Positions 16,440 to 25,553 of a stretch of 36,786 nt of DNA are shown here, piece by piece. Both the position numbers and the translations under genes were made by a program. The DNA lies in IMG/VR virus record IMGVR_UViG_3300012940_000056, positions 1 through 36,786 of that record. One strand, 5' to 3'. The stretch comes from a virus (lineage: Duplodnaviria > Caudoviricetes). Each line of letters opens with the position of its first letter. Position 1 is the stretch's first letter. The notes under the pieces are model-generated. The model was given only the letters and a program-made list of their open reading frames with translations. It was not told the DNA's origin and did no database searches.

Positions 16440-16690
16440 GTGGTCCTGTTCTCATCGAGCTGACCGGCGACATCTTCGGAGGCCCTTCGGTCAACAGCAT
16501 CGTCATCAACGGCACGCAGGGGATCATGGGGCTGTTCGTCCAGCCAGCTGCCGACAGCGATGTGTTTCTGCTGACAATCGCAGGCAAGCTCAACCTGAAA
16601 GAGAAAGTGTGTGGCGTGCGCGATGGCACAGCGCGTAAGCCGAAGCGCTCCGCCACCCTCGTGCCAGTTTGCGACAAGGTGAAGCCATGA
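16436..16690 (+). CDS. hypothetical protein (84 aa)
   Basis: ATGA coupling at both ends. Confidence 0.55.
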   Translation: MSGPVLIELTGDIFGGPSVNSIVINGTQGIMGLFVQPAADSDVFLLTIAGKLNLKEKVCGVRDGTARKPKRSATLVPVCDKVKP

Positions 16691-16983
16691 TTCTCGGACG
16701 CTACGTACAGCAGCCCGGCGAGCGCCGCAAGCGCGGCATCGACTACCACGACTTTCTCGAACCGGGAGAGATCATCACGAACGTCACGGCGGCGGTTTCG
16801 CCGACGACTGACACTCCGCTCGTCGTCAGCGGGGTCGTCATCGACCCGGATGGCACTGAGTTCGCCTACTTCGTGTCTGGCGGCGAGAACGGCGTCTCGT
16901 ACAGCGTCGAGTTCACACTCACGACCAACGGCAGTCAGACCAAGCAGGATACCGTTGAGTTCGACATCGAAGAGGACGAATAA
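16687..16983 (+). CDS. putative fibre-tail adaptor (Ig-like small protein, 98 aa)
   Basis: QPGE...GIDY..FL, SGG.NG..Y.V....TT....TK.D; precedes the fibre genes. Confidence 0.6.
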   Translation: MILGRYVQQPGERRKRGIDYHDFLEPGEIITNVTAAVSPTTDTPLVVSGVVIDPDGTEFAYFVSGGENGVSYSVEFTLTTNGSQTKQDTVEFDIEEDE

Positions 16984-18039
16984 ATGGCAAAGCAGCTCTT
17001 CGGCAACAACGCGAGCGCGCTGCTTGCCGCTTCAATCTCTGACTCCGATCTGACCATTCAGGTGGCGAACGGCTTCGGGCAGCTCTTCCCGAATCCCGGT
17101 GCGGACGAATACTTCCTCGTCACGCTGGAGAATGACAACGGCGATATCGAAGTCGTGCGAGTCACGCAGCGTGCGGTCGACCTCTTCACGGTGCCGGTTG
17201 GCGGACGTGGGCAGGAAGGTACGAGCGCACAGGCGTGGACCAACGGTCAGGCGCGTGTCGAGTTGCGCCTCACACGCGGCACGATGGAGACGTTTATCCA
17301 GCGCGGCGGCGACGCGATGGAAGGCGATCTCAACATGGATGGGAACGACCTCATCGACGCCAAGCTCACTGGAGCTAGCACGCAAATTCTCGCGGGCGAG
17401 ATCGTCGATGTCCCTCTGCGCGGCAATGCAGGCGACAGCTCGAACGAAGTGCGCGTGCCGACCGATGGCACACGTGCGACTGCTGGCGGAGCGCGAATTC
17501 TTACAGAGAACGATGTTTCGGATGTGAGGGCACTTGTATACGAAGTCGGCATGATCATGGATTGGTATGGAGTGGCTGCCAACTGTCCGGCTGGTTGGGC
17601 TATCTGTAACGGTAGTAACGGTACACCCGATCTCAGGAACCAGTTTATTCGAGGGGCTTCAGTCGATGGTGATATTGGTGCCGGTGGTGGGGCTGCAAGT
17701 GTTACGACTAGCGCTAATGGGGGGCACGACCATAGTGGAGTGACGGGCGGTCATGCACTGACTGAAGCCGAAAACGGTCCTCACACGCACAGCTCAGCGG
17801 GACAGATCACGCTTCCGTTTTCTAACGACGACAACTCGCAAAAACCTGCTACAGCGATTGAGGGTTCCAGCGAGCAGTTGAATGGGACCGTTACGCTCAC
17901 CGCGACTTTTACTGTTGGGAGTTCCGGTTCCGGTACGGAACACACGCACCCAATTACAGCGGCGGATGCACACACGCACACGGTTGATACCGTCCCGCCA
18001 TTTAAATACCTCTATAAGATCATGTATATAGGTCCGTAA
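16984..18039 (+). CDS. tail fibre protein with collar domain
   Basis: N-terminal attachment domain; collar GMIMDW.G....PAGWAICNGSNGTPDLRNQFIRGA; HxH metal-binding motifs (GHDH, PHTH, EHTH, AHTH); C-terminal PPF..L.KIM. Confidence 0.85.
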   Translation: MAKQLFGNNASALLAASISDSDLTIQVANGFGQLFPNPGADEYFLVTLENDNGDIEVVRVTQRAVDLFTVPVGGRGQEGTSAQAWTNGQARVELRLTRGTMETFIQRGGDAMEGDLNMDGNDLIDAKLTGASTQILAGEIVDVPLRGNAGDSSNEVRVPTDGTRATAGGARILTENDVSDVRALVYEVGMIMDWYGVAANCPAGWAICNGSNGTPDLRNQFIRGASVDGDIGAGGGAASVTTSANGGHDHSGVTGGHALTEAENGPHTHSSAGQITLPFSNDDNSQKPATAIEGSSEQLNGTVTLTATFTVGSSGSGTEHTHPITAADAHTHTVDTVPPFKYLYKIMYIGP

Positions 18040-18040
18040 C

Positions 18041-18382
18041 ATGTCGTTTGACCAGCGCCAACACCTGTTTGCGAACAATGCGTCGTCGCGGCTGCTCAAT
18101 GATATCAGCCCGCTACAGACCAGCATCCAGTTGTTGCCCGGCGAAGGAGACCGCTTCCCCTCGCCGGGGCTGAATCAGATTTTCAAGATCACCGTCATGG
18201 ACTACGTGACTGGTGATCGCGAGATCATGCACTGTACGGCGCGCTCGGGAGATGTGCTCACAGTCGAGCGCGGACGCGAGGACACGGTTGCGCACGCTTT
18301 CGTCGCCAACACGCTCGTCCAGCTTCGGATCACAGCGGAGACCCTGCACTACCTCCAGTGGTTGCTCGAAGAGGATTCGTGA
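18041..18382 (+). CDS. stand-alone paralog of the fibre N-terminal domain (113 aa)
   Basis: LFANNAS..L...IS.....I....G.G..FP.PG...F..T......G..EI....R..D..TV.RG.E.T.A, aligns by eye with 16984..18039. Confidence 0.75.
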   Translation: MSFDQRQHLFANNASSRLLNDISPLQTSIQLLPGEGDRFPSPGLNQIFKITVMDYVTGDREIMHCTARSGDVLTVERGREDTVAHAFVANTLVQLRITAETLHYLQWLLEEDS

Positions 18383-19116
18383 TGGCTGAGACCCGCGAAT
18401 TCCAGTTCAGCAACATCGGCGAGTCAGAGCTGTTTGCTCCGATCACCGACTCGCAGACGAACATTGTCGTGCTCACTGGCGACGAGTTCCCTGATCCGAA
18501 CTATGGTGCAGTCGTGTCACTCGTGCTGCGAGATGATGCGAACAACAAGTTCGAGATCATGTACATGGTTGACCGTATCGGCAACGCATGTCAGGTCGAG
18601 CGCGGCAAAGAGGGGACTACTCCGCAATCGTGGCCGGCAGGCACGGTTGTTCGCAACTCGGTGACGGCTGGCTTCTTCGAGAAGCTGGCAGCACTGCCGG
18701 GTACGCGCTTCCGTACCTCGAAGCCATACCCGTATATCTTTACGGATGAGATCAATTCGGGCGGTGACTTAATTCGCGCCGAGAAGTCCATCAATATCGG
18801 CGGGCTTGGTAGCGCAGGGGACGGGACACCAGACTCACTCAGCATGGGCGGACAGCCGCTCGATGGCACACTCGATACGTTGTTGCTTACATATCTGAAC
18901 TGGCCGCACGAAGACCTTGATGTCAGCGGTGCGATCCTTTCGGGTGAGATCGACTCCGTGCTTGTTACTTACAGCAACTACCCCGCCGAAGCACTGGATG
19001 TTGGCGGCGCGATCCTCACAGGCGGCGTACTCGATGCGGTCCTCGTTACCTACGGCAACTACCAGCCTGAGTCGATGGATGTCGGCGGGGCGATTCTTTC
19101 TGGAGTATTGACATGA
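18382..19116 (+). CDS. tail protein: third copy of the N-terminal domain plus C-terminal ~26-aa repeats
   Basis: GAGG RBS, TGATG coupling; FSN..ES.L...I.....FP.P...EI....R.....VERG.EGT; repeats E.LDVGGAILSG.LD.VLVTY.NY. Confidence 0.75.
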   Translation: MAETREFQFSNIGESELFAPITDSQTNIVVLTGDEFPDPNYGAVVSLVLRDDANNKFEIMYMVDRIGNACQVERGKEGTTPQSWPAGTVVRNSVTAGFFEKLAALPGTRFRTSKPYPYIFTDEINSGGDLIRAEKSINIGGLGSAGDGTPDSLSMGGQPLDGTLDTLLLTYLNWPHEDLDVSGAILSGEIDSVLVTYSNYPAEALDVGGAILTGGVLDAVLVTYGNYQPESMDVGGAILSGVLT

Positions 19117-20051
19117 ACATTTGGGTGCCTCGTACCAAGATCATCGAGCCAAAGAAGGAGCTGGTCCTCGCGACGCCTATCAAGGGGTTCTTCCGTATGG
19201 AAGTGTATCGACCTGATGGGCGCAAGCGCGTAGACACTGGCTTCTTCCCGAACCTTGTACTCGATCAGGGCCTCGACTTCATCGGGACGACAGGGAACTG
19301 GCTCGCCGCTTGCCGTGTCGGCACTGGCAATACAGCTCCGGCGAATGGGCAAACCAACCTCATTTCTCATGTTGCAGGTACTAGCACATCTCAGGCGACC
19401 AACTCAGGTGCGCAGGGTTCCGAGCCCTACTATGGCTGGTTTACGCGGACTTATCGTTTCGCGCAGGGTGCGGCGGCGGGCAACCTTGCAGAAGTTGGCG
19501 TGGGTATTTCGACAGCGAACGACTCGAATTTGTTCAGCCGCGCGCTGATTCTCGACGGTTCGCTGAATCCAACGACGCTCACAGTGCTTTCGGATGAGTT
19601 CCTTGATGTGACGTACGAACTGCGTGCATATCCGCCGACGAGTGATGTGCTCGGCACAATTGCGGTCAGTAGCGTCAATTATGACTTCACCGCACGCGCG
19701 TCCAACGTTACATCTTCTAGTGAATGGTCGCCGAGTGGATTCACAGGCGGTAGCGCCGGTACTAGCTCTGTCGTTGCATATTCGGGTGCGATCGGTGCGA
19801 TTACTTCTACGCCGGGCGGCACGGGTGCGAGCACGACTCCATCGAATGCCGCTTACAGCAATAGCACATACCGGCGTGATTTCACGGCGACGTGGGGGCT
19901 GAACGAAGCCAACTTTGGTGTTGGTGGGATTACTGCGTTCCGCACACGCATGGGCTGTGGCTCGATGCAGTACGGTATCTCGCCGGGCATCCCGAAGGAT
20001 AGCACCAAAACTCTGGCGATGACTTTCCGCCATACGTGGGCGCGTCACTAA
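19113..20051 (+). CDS. tail/virion structural protein, Ser/Thr/Gly-rich
   Basis: F.NLVLDQGLD, C.VGTGN..P, F..G.AAGNLAEVG, LFSRALI.D, LDVTYELR.YP; tail region. Confidence 0.7.
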   Translation: MNIWVPRTKIIEPKKELVLATPIKGFFRMEVYRPDGRKRVDTGFFPNLVLDQGLDFIGTTGNWLAACRVGTGNTAPANGQTNLISHVAGTSTSQATNSGAQGSEPYYGWFTRTYRFAQGAAAGNLAEVGVGISTANDSNLFSRALILDGSLNPTTLTVLSDEFLDVTYELRAYPPTSDVLGTIAVSSVNYDFTARASNVTSSSEWSPSGFTGGSAGTSSVVAYSGAIGAITSTPGGTGASTTPSNAAYSNSTYRRDFTATWGLNEANFGVGGITAFRTRMGCGSMQYGISPGIPKDSTKTLAMTFRHTWARH

Positions 20052-20052
20052 G

Positions 20053-20634
20053 ATGGCGCTCCCCGATAACACCCTATCTTCCAGCACTGCGCATACGGAT
20101 TTTGAGTTCCCGCGCAGTGTATGGAAGGTTGCGACCAACGACTTCGAGAGCGGAGCAGATGCGCTCGCCGATCCGTCAGCGGGATTCTTCGCGAAGCTGT
20201 GGACCGCGCGTATCAACGACGCAGGCACACAGATTTTGCTGAGTGCGGAGGGTGTTCCTGAAACAGTTCAGATCACGGACACGGACATCACTGAAGTGAG
20301 CCTGACGTTCGATCAGCAGATGCGGCCGTTCATTGCGTATGTCGCTGGCGGCGTGGCGAAGTATCGGTGGTTCGACCCACTGATCCCCGGCTTTACGACG
20401 ACTTCGCTTGCCGCAGGTGTGACGAACCCACGCTGCTGCCTCGACGACAAACGTCCGCTTGGGCTACCTAACAGTGACATCATTCTTGCGTACATGCGCG
20501 CGGATTCTCTGTGCATGCGGATGCAGAGGGACCGCTACGGAATCGAGTATACGCTCGCCCCGATGCCCGGCTTTGAGCTAGTTCAGATCGGCATGAATCG
20601 TGGCGGGCGCTTCCAATTTCAGGTGCGACCATGA
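20053..20634 (+). CDS. tail/virion structural protein
   Basis: SLTFDQ.MRP, LDDKR....SDIILAY, R.QRDRY..EY; tail region. Confidence 0.65.
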   Translation: MALPDNTLSSSTAHTDFEFPRSVWKVATNDFESGADALADPSAGFFAKLWTARINDAGTQILLSAEGVPETVQITDTDITEVSLTFDQQMRPFIAYVAGGVAKYRWFDPLIPGFTTTSLAAGVTNPRCCLDDKRPLGLPNSDIILAYMRADSLCMRMQRDRYGIEYTLAPMPGFELVQIGMNRGGRFQFQVRP

Positions 20635-22460
20635 CGGCACTCAAGCTCGAAGGGTTCATGGGGCTCGTGCCCCGCGTGTCGAATCGGCTCTTGCCGAACA
20701 TGTGTGCAACGACTGCGCGCAACACCAAACTCCTGTCAGGAGAGGCGCGTGGCTTTCGCATTCCGCGTGAGCGGAAAGACCTCACCGACGAATATTTTAC
20801 CGTTCGCAGGGTCTACCGCATCCCCTTCATGGAGTACGGCGAAGAGGAAGAGTTCTGGTTGGCGTTCGACACGCGCGACATCGACATCGTTCGCTCCCCG
20901 CTCGTGAACGATGCGCACAACCGTTACTATTGGGCGGGCGAGGGCGCACCGAAGTACAACACGTTTGATCGCCTGCGTAATGGCGAACCCGAGTTTCTTC
21001 TTGGCGTGCCGACTCCGACGATTGCGCCCTCCGTGGCTCCGCCTGTGGGCGGCGACAGCACGCGCGCGTATGTCTACACCTTCGTGAGTGATTATGGCGA
21101 AGAAGGCGCACCGTCGCCGCCGTCCGCTGTACTTTCTGGTGCATTCGGTACGTGGAACTTGAGCGGGATGCAGACGATGGTCCCCGACTCATCGCAGCGG
21201 AACATCACGAAGAAGCGCATCTATCGCACCGTGCCCGGCAACACTTCGACGTTGTTCTTCTTCGTCGCAGAGATCGGCATCGGCGAAGCGAACTTTGCGG
21301 ATAACATGACTGACGACACGGTTGCACAGAACAACGTGTTGGAGTCCACCTCATATCAGCCGCCGCCATCGACGCTCGAAGGCTTCGTCGCCATGCCCAA
21401 CGGATACCTCGTCGGGTGGGTCGGTCGCCGGCTGCTTTTCAGTGAGCCGTATCGTCCGCACGCATGGCCGCCGGAATACGAGATCGGAGTGGAGTTTGAG
21501 ATCGTCGGTCTCGCAGTGTGGGGCAACACGCTCATCGTCGGCACCAAGTCGAATCCATACATCGGCATGGGTACATCGCCGGCCGCGTTTACGACGCAGA
21601 AAACGGATGCAGTCATGCCCTGCCTGTCTCGGCGGGGCATGGTCTCCACCGATGCAGGCGTGTACTATCCGTCGATCAACGGGCTCGTACTCGTAAATTC
21701 GCCGGCCCCACAGATCGTCACACAGGACCTGATGACGAAAGAGGAATGGCTGCGCCGATACAACCCGAAGAAAATCTTCGCTGCCAGCTACGGCATGCAG
21801 TACATCGCCTTCAACGGTCCAAGCTTCGGATTCATCTTCAATCCGACTGAGCCTGCTTCTCGCCTCGTCGAGCTGGATCGCTTCAGCCACGTGGAGGGAA
21901 TCGAGACTGACCGCTACGACGGCACCGTGTTCCTCATCTACGAAGATCGTGTGTGGGAGTGGGACCCCGAAGCGAGCGACCGTCTGTATTGGCGCTGGAA
22001 GTCGAAAGAGTTCCATCTCCCGAAGCCGCTCAACTTCGGCGCGCTGAAGATCAAGTTCAACGATGAAGACGAGGATGTCACGACCGATGTCCTCGAATAC
22101 TACCTGCCGTACAACGAAGCGCGGTTTGCGGTGGGCTCGCTGAACACGCTCAATGGGCACGCGCTCTGCGGCGTCGAGCGAAAAGGGTCTGTGCCCGGCT
22201 GGACTGAGCCCGAGAATCGCATGCCGCTTGGCGGTTCGCCGCTCTATCCGATCGCGTTTCTGAGCACGAGTGTATCGAGTGTGCGCTTCACGATGTTCGC
22301 GAACGGCGAGATCGTATTCGACACGATCGTGCAGGATCAGAACATGGTGCGCTTGCCGACTGGCTTCAAGCGCGACGTGTATCAGTTCGAGCTGGTGAGC
22401 AACACCGAAGTCTACTCCGTCTCGATCGCGCAGACCGGGAAGGAATTGGCGAGCTTGTAA
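20631..22460 (+). CDS. tail nozzle / tubular protein B-like (packaged-DNA stabilisation type), 609 aa
   Basis: F.G.VPR...LLP, YVYTFV...GEE..PS, FSEPY.PHAWP, CLS.R, Y.S..GLV, W.WKSKEF; beta-propeller-like composition. Confidence 0.75.
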   Translation: MTALKLEGFMGLVPRVSNRLLPNMCATTARNTKLLSGEARGFRIPRERKDLTDEYFTVRRVYRIPFMEYGEEEEFWLAFDTRDIDIVRSPLVNDAHNRYYWAGEGAPKYNTFDRLRNGEPEFLLGVPTPTIAPSVAPPVGGDSTRAYVYTFVSDYGEEGAPSPPSAVLSGAFGTWNLSGMQTMVPDSSQRNITKKRIYRTVPGNTSTLFFFVAEIGIGEANFADNMTDDTVAQNNVLESTSYQPPPSTLEGFVAMPNGYLVGWVGRRLLFSEPYRPHAWPPEYEIGVEFEIVGLAVWGNTLIVGTKSNPYIGMGTSPAAFTTQKTDAVMPCLSRRGMVSTDAGVYYPSINGLVLVNSPAPQIVTQDLMTKEEWLRRYNPKKIFAASYGMQYIAFNGPSFGFIFNPTEPASRLVELDRFSHVEGIETDRYDGTVFLIYEDRVWEWDPEASDRLYWRWKSKEFHLPKPLNFGALKIKFNDEDEDVTTDVLEYYLPYNEARFAVGSLNTLNGHALCGVERKGSVPGWTEPENRMPLGGSPLYPIAFLSTSVSSVRFTMFANGEIVFDTIVQDQNMVRLPTGFKRDVYQFELVSNTEVYSVSIAQTGKELASL

Positions 22461-23233
22461 TGGCACTCACACTCAAAGCGAATCGCCGTTATCCATCGGT
22501 GCCTGTTGTCACCGATGACCCAAAGAACCACACGCAGGTTCTGATGGCGGTGAAGGAAGCGTTGGACACCGGGCAGCGCCGGACGGGCGACATTCTCAAC
22601 TCGTTCATCCGCGTGCAGGACCTGATCGACCTCGGCTTGATCACGATCGAGGGCAACACGAACGCCATCGTCGGTGCGGATTTATCGGAGATCGCAAATA
22701 TCGGCGACCTCTCCAGCGCTGCCGCTGGTGACTTCCTGCGCTTTGATGGCAGCGTGTGGGTGAACGATCAGCTTGCGCTCGCCGACATCACGCAGGCGAT
22801 GGTGACTCAGCATCAGGCTGCGCTCTCCATCGCCGCTGCGCAGATCAGCAACCCGAGCGCACTGAAGCCAGTGGTTGCACGTGGCTGCACATTCGTGTCT
22901 CCAGTAGCGCTGGACGCGCTCGCGACGCCGAACGTCGATGTCTATATCCCGTTCGCTGGCACCATTGTCGGCGTAGCGCTGCTCACCATCGGCGGGCCGG
23001 GATCGTGTGTGGTGGACATCTGGAAGGACAGTTACGCGAACTTCCCGCCATCGAACGCCGACTCGATTACAGGAGCAACGCCGCCGACGATCACGGCTGC
23101 GCAGAAGTACATCGATACGACGCTCACCGGCTGGACGACTGCGATTGCCGCTGGCGACATCATTCGTTTCAGTCTTGACTCGACCAGCAACTTCACGTCC
23201 ATTTTTGTGATCCTGCTGATTCAGCCGTCGTGA
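22460..23233 (+). CDS. virion protein (helical N-terminal anchor plus beta C-terminal domain)
   Basis: AAGGA RBS, TAATG coupling; GDFLRFDGSVWVN fibre-type repeat; GSCVVDIWK..YA.FPP...DSI. Confidence 0.65.
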   Translation: MALTLKANRRYPSVPVVTDDPKNHTQVLMAVKEALDTGQRRTGDILNSFIRVQDLIDLGLITIEGNTNAIVGADLSEIANIGDLSSAAAGDFLRFDGSVWVNDQLALADITQAMVTQHQAALSIAAAQISNPSALKPVVARGCTFVSPVALDALATPNVDVYIPFAGTIVGVALLTIGGPGSCVVDIWKDSYANFPPSNADSITGATPPTITAAQKYIDTTLTGWTTAIAAGDIIRFSLDSTSNFTSIFVILLIQPS

Positions 23234-23240
23234 GGGCAAC

Positions 23241-24128
23241 ATGGCAACGAACAACTACAGCACGGTTATAGAACACTCCAGCGACGCGACGTTTCGCGCG
23301 TGGGGTTCGGCGCTTTCTGCCGCCCTCGCCGCAGTCGGTCTGACTCAGACTTCGGATACCGGCCAGATCGACTGGGCGACGGTCACGCGCCCCGGCACGA
23401 ACACGGCGGCGGGCTACGAAATCTGGCGCTTCAACGACACGCTGCAAGCGACTGCGCCGATCTTCATCAAGATCGAGTACGGTACTGGTTCACTTGCGTT
23501 CGCGCCGCAAGCATGGCTCACAGTCGGTACGGGGTCTGACGGCTCCGGCACGATTACTGGTCAGTCTTCCACTCGCTCTACGTGGATGCGCAATAACAAC
23601 ATTGCCTCGACTGTAACGCCGTACCCAACCTACGTCTGCTACAACGCGACGGAAGGGTTCTTGGGCATCATGTTCAAGATGGGCACTCCGGCGGCCGATA
23701 CATTCGGGCATGGCTTTATGGCTGTGGCTCGTTCTGTTGATCAGGATGACGGAGACACTAACGGCGATGGGTGTGTCGTTTATGCCGGCAGTCCTTCGTC
23801 CGGCATGGCGGCTTCACAGTCGATTCGCTTCACCGCGACGGCTGCGACCTACCCGAGTAACATTGCGTACGCTCTTGTACCGAACAACCAGACGGCCTCT
23901 CTGGTGGGTAGCGACAATCAAGCATACCTGCACTTCATGGTGAACCCACAGGTGCTGGTCGTGAAGCAGCTTTGCACCATCGTGGCGGCTGAAGTCCCTC
24001 TCGGCAATACGTTCACGGCAACGCTCGTTGCAGACGCCCTCACTTACATCAGTGGAGGGCAGAGCGCTTCGCCGGGTAACGTCGCGAATGTGTCTCCGGC
24101 GTGGACTATCGCGATGCTGTGGGAGTAA
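23241..24128 (+). CDS. virion structural protein, Thr/Ser/Ala-rich
   Basis: GAGG RBS, tail region, 295 aa. Confidence 0.65.
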   Translation: MATNNYSTVIEHSSDATFRAWGSALSAALAAVGLTQTSDTGQIDWATVTRPGTNTAAGYEIWRFNDTLQATAPIFIKIEYGTGSLAFAPQAWLTVGTGSDGSGTITGQSSTRSTWMRNNNIASTVTPYPTYVCYNATEGFLGIMFKMGTPAADTFGHGFMAVARSVDQDDGDTNGDGCVVYAGSPSSGMAASQSIRFTATAATYPSNIAYALVPNNQTASLVGSDNQAYLHFMVNPQVLVVKQLCTIVAAEVPLGNTFTATLVADALTYISGGQSASPGNVANVSPAWTIAMLWE

Positions 24129-24131
24129 GCG

Positions 24132-24359
24132 ATGGCTTGGCTCACACCGCCTGCTCCTGTGTACAACGCGCACACGATGGGGCTCAACCTCGGGCAGACC
24201 AACATGGGGTATACGCAGGTACAGACCCCCGCCCCTGCGCATCAGGCCCATCTGTTTCCCAACTCAGTTACGCAGGGGGAGTGGCCTCTCAACACGCTCG
24301 TCGTTCCGATCGGCGGTGGCGGTGGCGCAGGTGCTGCCCCCGTAGGATATGCAACATGA
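24132..24359 (+). CDS. hypothetical protein (75 aa)
   Basis: GGAG RBS; coupled to the next gene. Confidence 0.55.
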   Translation: MAWLTPPAPVYNAHTMGLNLGQTNMGYTQVQTPAPAHQAHLFPNSVTQGEWPLNTLVVPIGGGGGAGAAPVGYAT

Positions 24360-24532
24360 ACGAGGAACAACTCGCACAGGCTACGCTGGAGTTCCTTCAG
24401 CGCGCACCACTCGAAGGGCGAGAAGCCGAGACGATGGTTTTGTGCAAGCAATGGGTGCGCAAGAAGCTCCAGAAGCTCCCCCCGCCGTTTGACAATCCAT
24501 CGTCGCAAGTTGCTGACACGAGTGGGAAATGA
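24356..24532 (+). CDS. small hypothetical protein (58 aa, MNEEQLAQATLEFLQRAPLEGREAE...)
   Basis: AGGA RBS; ATGA coupling. Confidence 0.6.
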   Translation: MNEEQLAQATLEFLQRAPLEGREAETMVLCKQWVRKKLQKLPPPFDNPSSQVADTSGK

Positions 24533-25113
24533 TATATGGGCGGGAACAAACCGGAGCTTCGCAGCCAATGACCCCGTTCGATCGCGCACTTAGCCACACG
24601 CTCGGGATCGAAGGCGGCTTCTCGGACGACGCCGCTGACTCGGGCGGGGCCACACGTTTCGGCATTACCGAAGCGGTGGCACGAGAGTTCGGCTACCGGG
24701 GCGAGATGTCCGCACTGCCGCTTGAGTTTGCACAGCAGGTGTACCGAGCGAAGTATTGGGACCTCCTGCATCTCGACCTGATCGCGGCGCTCTCCGAACG
24801 TGTGGCAACCGAGCTGTTCGACACCGCCGTCAACACGGGCGTGTCCTTCGCAGGCAAGTCCCTCCAGCGCGCCCTGAACGTGCTCAACCGCGAGCAAGCT
24901 GATTACGCTGACATCGAAGTCGATGGGCTCATTGGTCCGGCGACGATCCGCGCGCTGCGCTCGTTCCTCATGAAGCGCGGCAACGAGGGCATCGTGGTTC
25001 TCTTCGCGATGCTCAACTCACTCCAAGGCGCGTTCTACATCGACCTCGCCGAGCGCCGCTCGAAGGACGAGAAGTTCGTCTACGGCTGGTTCAAGCAGAG
25101 GGTGGTGGTATGA
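24529..25113 (+). CDS. endolysin, glycoside hydrolase family 108 with C-terminal peptidoglycan-binding region
   Basis: EGGF.D...DSGG.T.FGIT, FD.AVN.G, LQRALN, VDG.IGP.T, KF..GW..R; alternative start at 24568. Confidence 0.92.
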   Translation: MIYGREQTGASQPMTPFDRALSHTLGIEGGFSDDAADSGGATRFGITEAVAREFGYRGEMSALPLEFAQQVYRAKYWDLLHLDLIAALSERVATELFDTAVNTGVSFAGKSLQRALNVLNREQADYADIEVDGLIGPATIRALRSFLMKRGNEGIVVLFAMLNSLQGAFYIDLAERRSKDEKFVYGWFKQRVVV

Positions 25114-25535
25114 ACATCTGGACGGACTTGGTGAAAGGTGTCGCTGGCCCTGTTGCGGACTTTTTTGTTCGTCGGCAGGAGATCAAGGCACAGAAGCTCC
25201 AGATGGAAAGTCAGGAGCGAATCAAGATGCACGAGCTGAACATGGCGCAGCTCGATCGTCAGATTCAACTTCAGCGGGAAGGGCTGACCGCTGATGCGAA
25301 TTGGGAGATGGAGTTCGCCAGGCAGGCGGCTTCATCGTGGAAAGACGAATATACCCTTATCGTCGTCTCGATTCCGGCAGTGCTGAGTTTTGTCCCCGGT
25401 TGCGATGTCTACGTGGCGAGGGGGTTCGAAGCCCTCAGCAAGACACCGCTCTGGTATCAGGGCATGCTCATCACACTGTTCTTCGCGACGGTGGGCATTC
25501 GGTATTGGCGGCGCACGCAATACGACACTGAATGA
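25110..25535 (+). CDS. putative holin
   Basis: Follows the endolysin; SWKDEY followed by two hydrophobic segments (TLIVVSIPAVLSFVP; WYQGMLITLFFATVGI) and a basic C-terminus. Confidence 0.6.
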   Translation: MNIWTDLVKGVAGPVADFFVRRQEIKAQKLQMESQERIKMHELNMAQLDRQIQLQREGLTADANWEMEFARQAASSWKDEYTLIVVSIPAVLSFVPGCDVYVARGFEALSKTPLWYQGMLITLFFATVGIRYWRRTQYDTE

Positions 25536-25553
25536 CACCGGGCGAGGAACATC

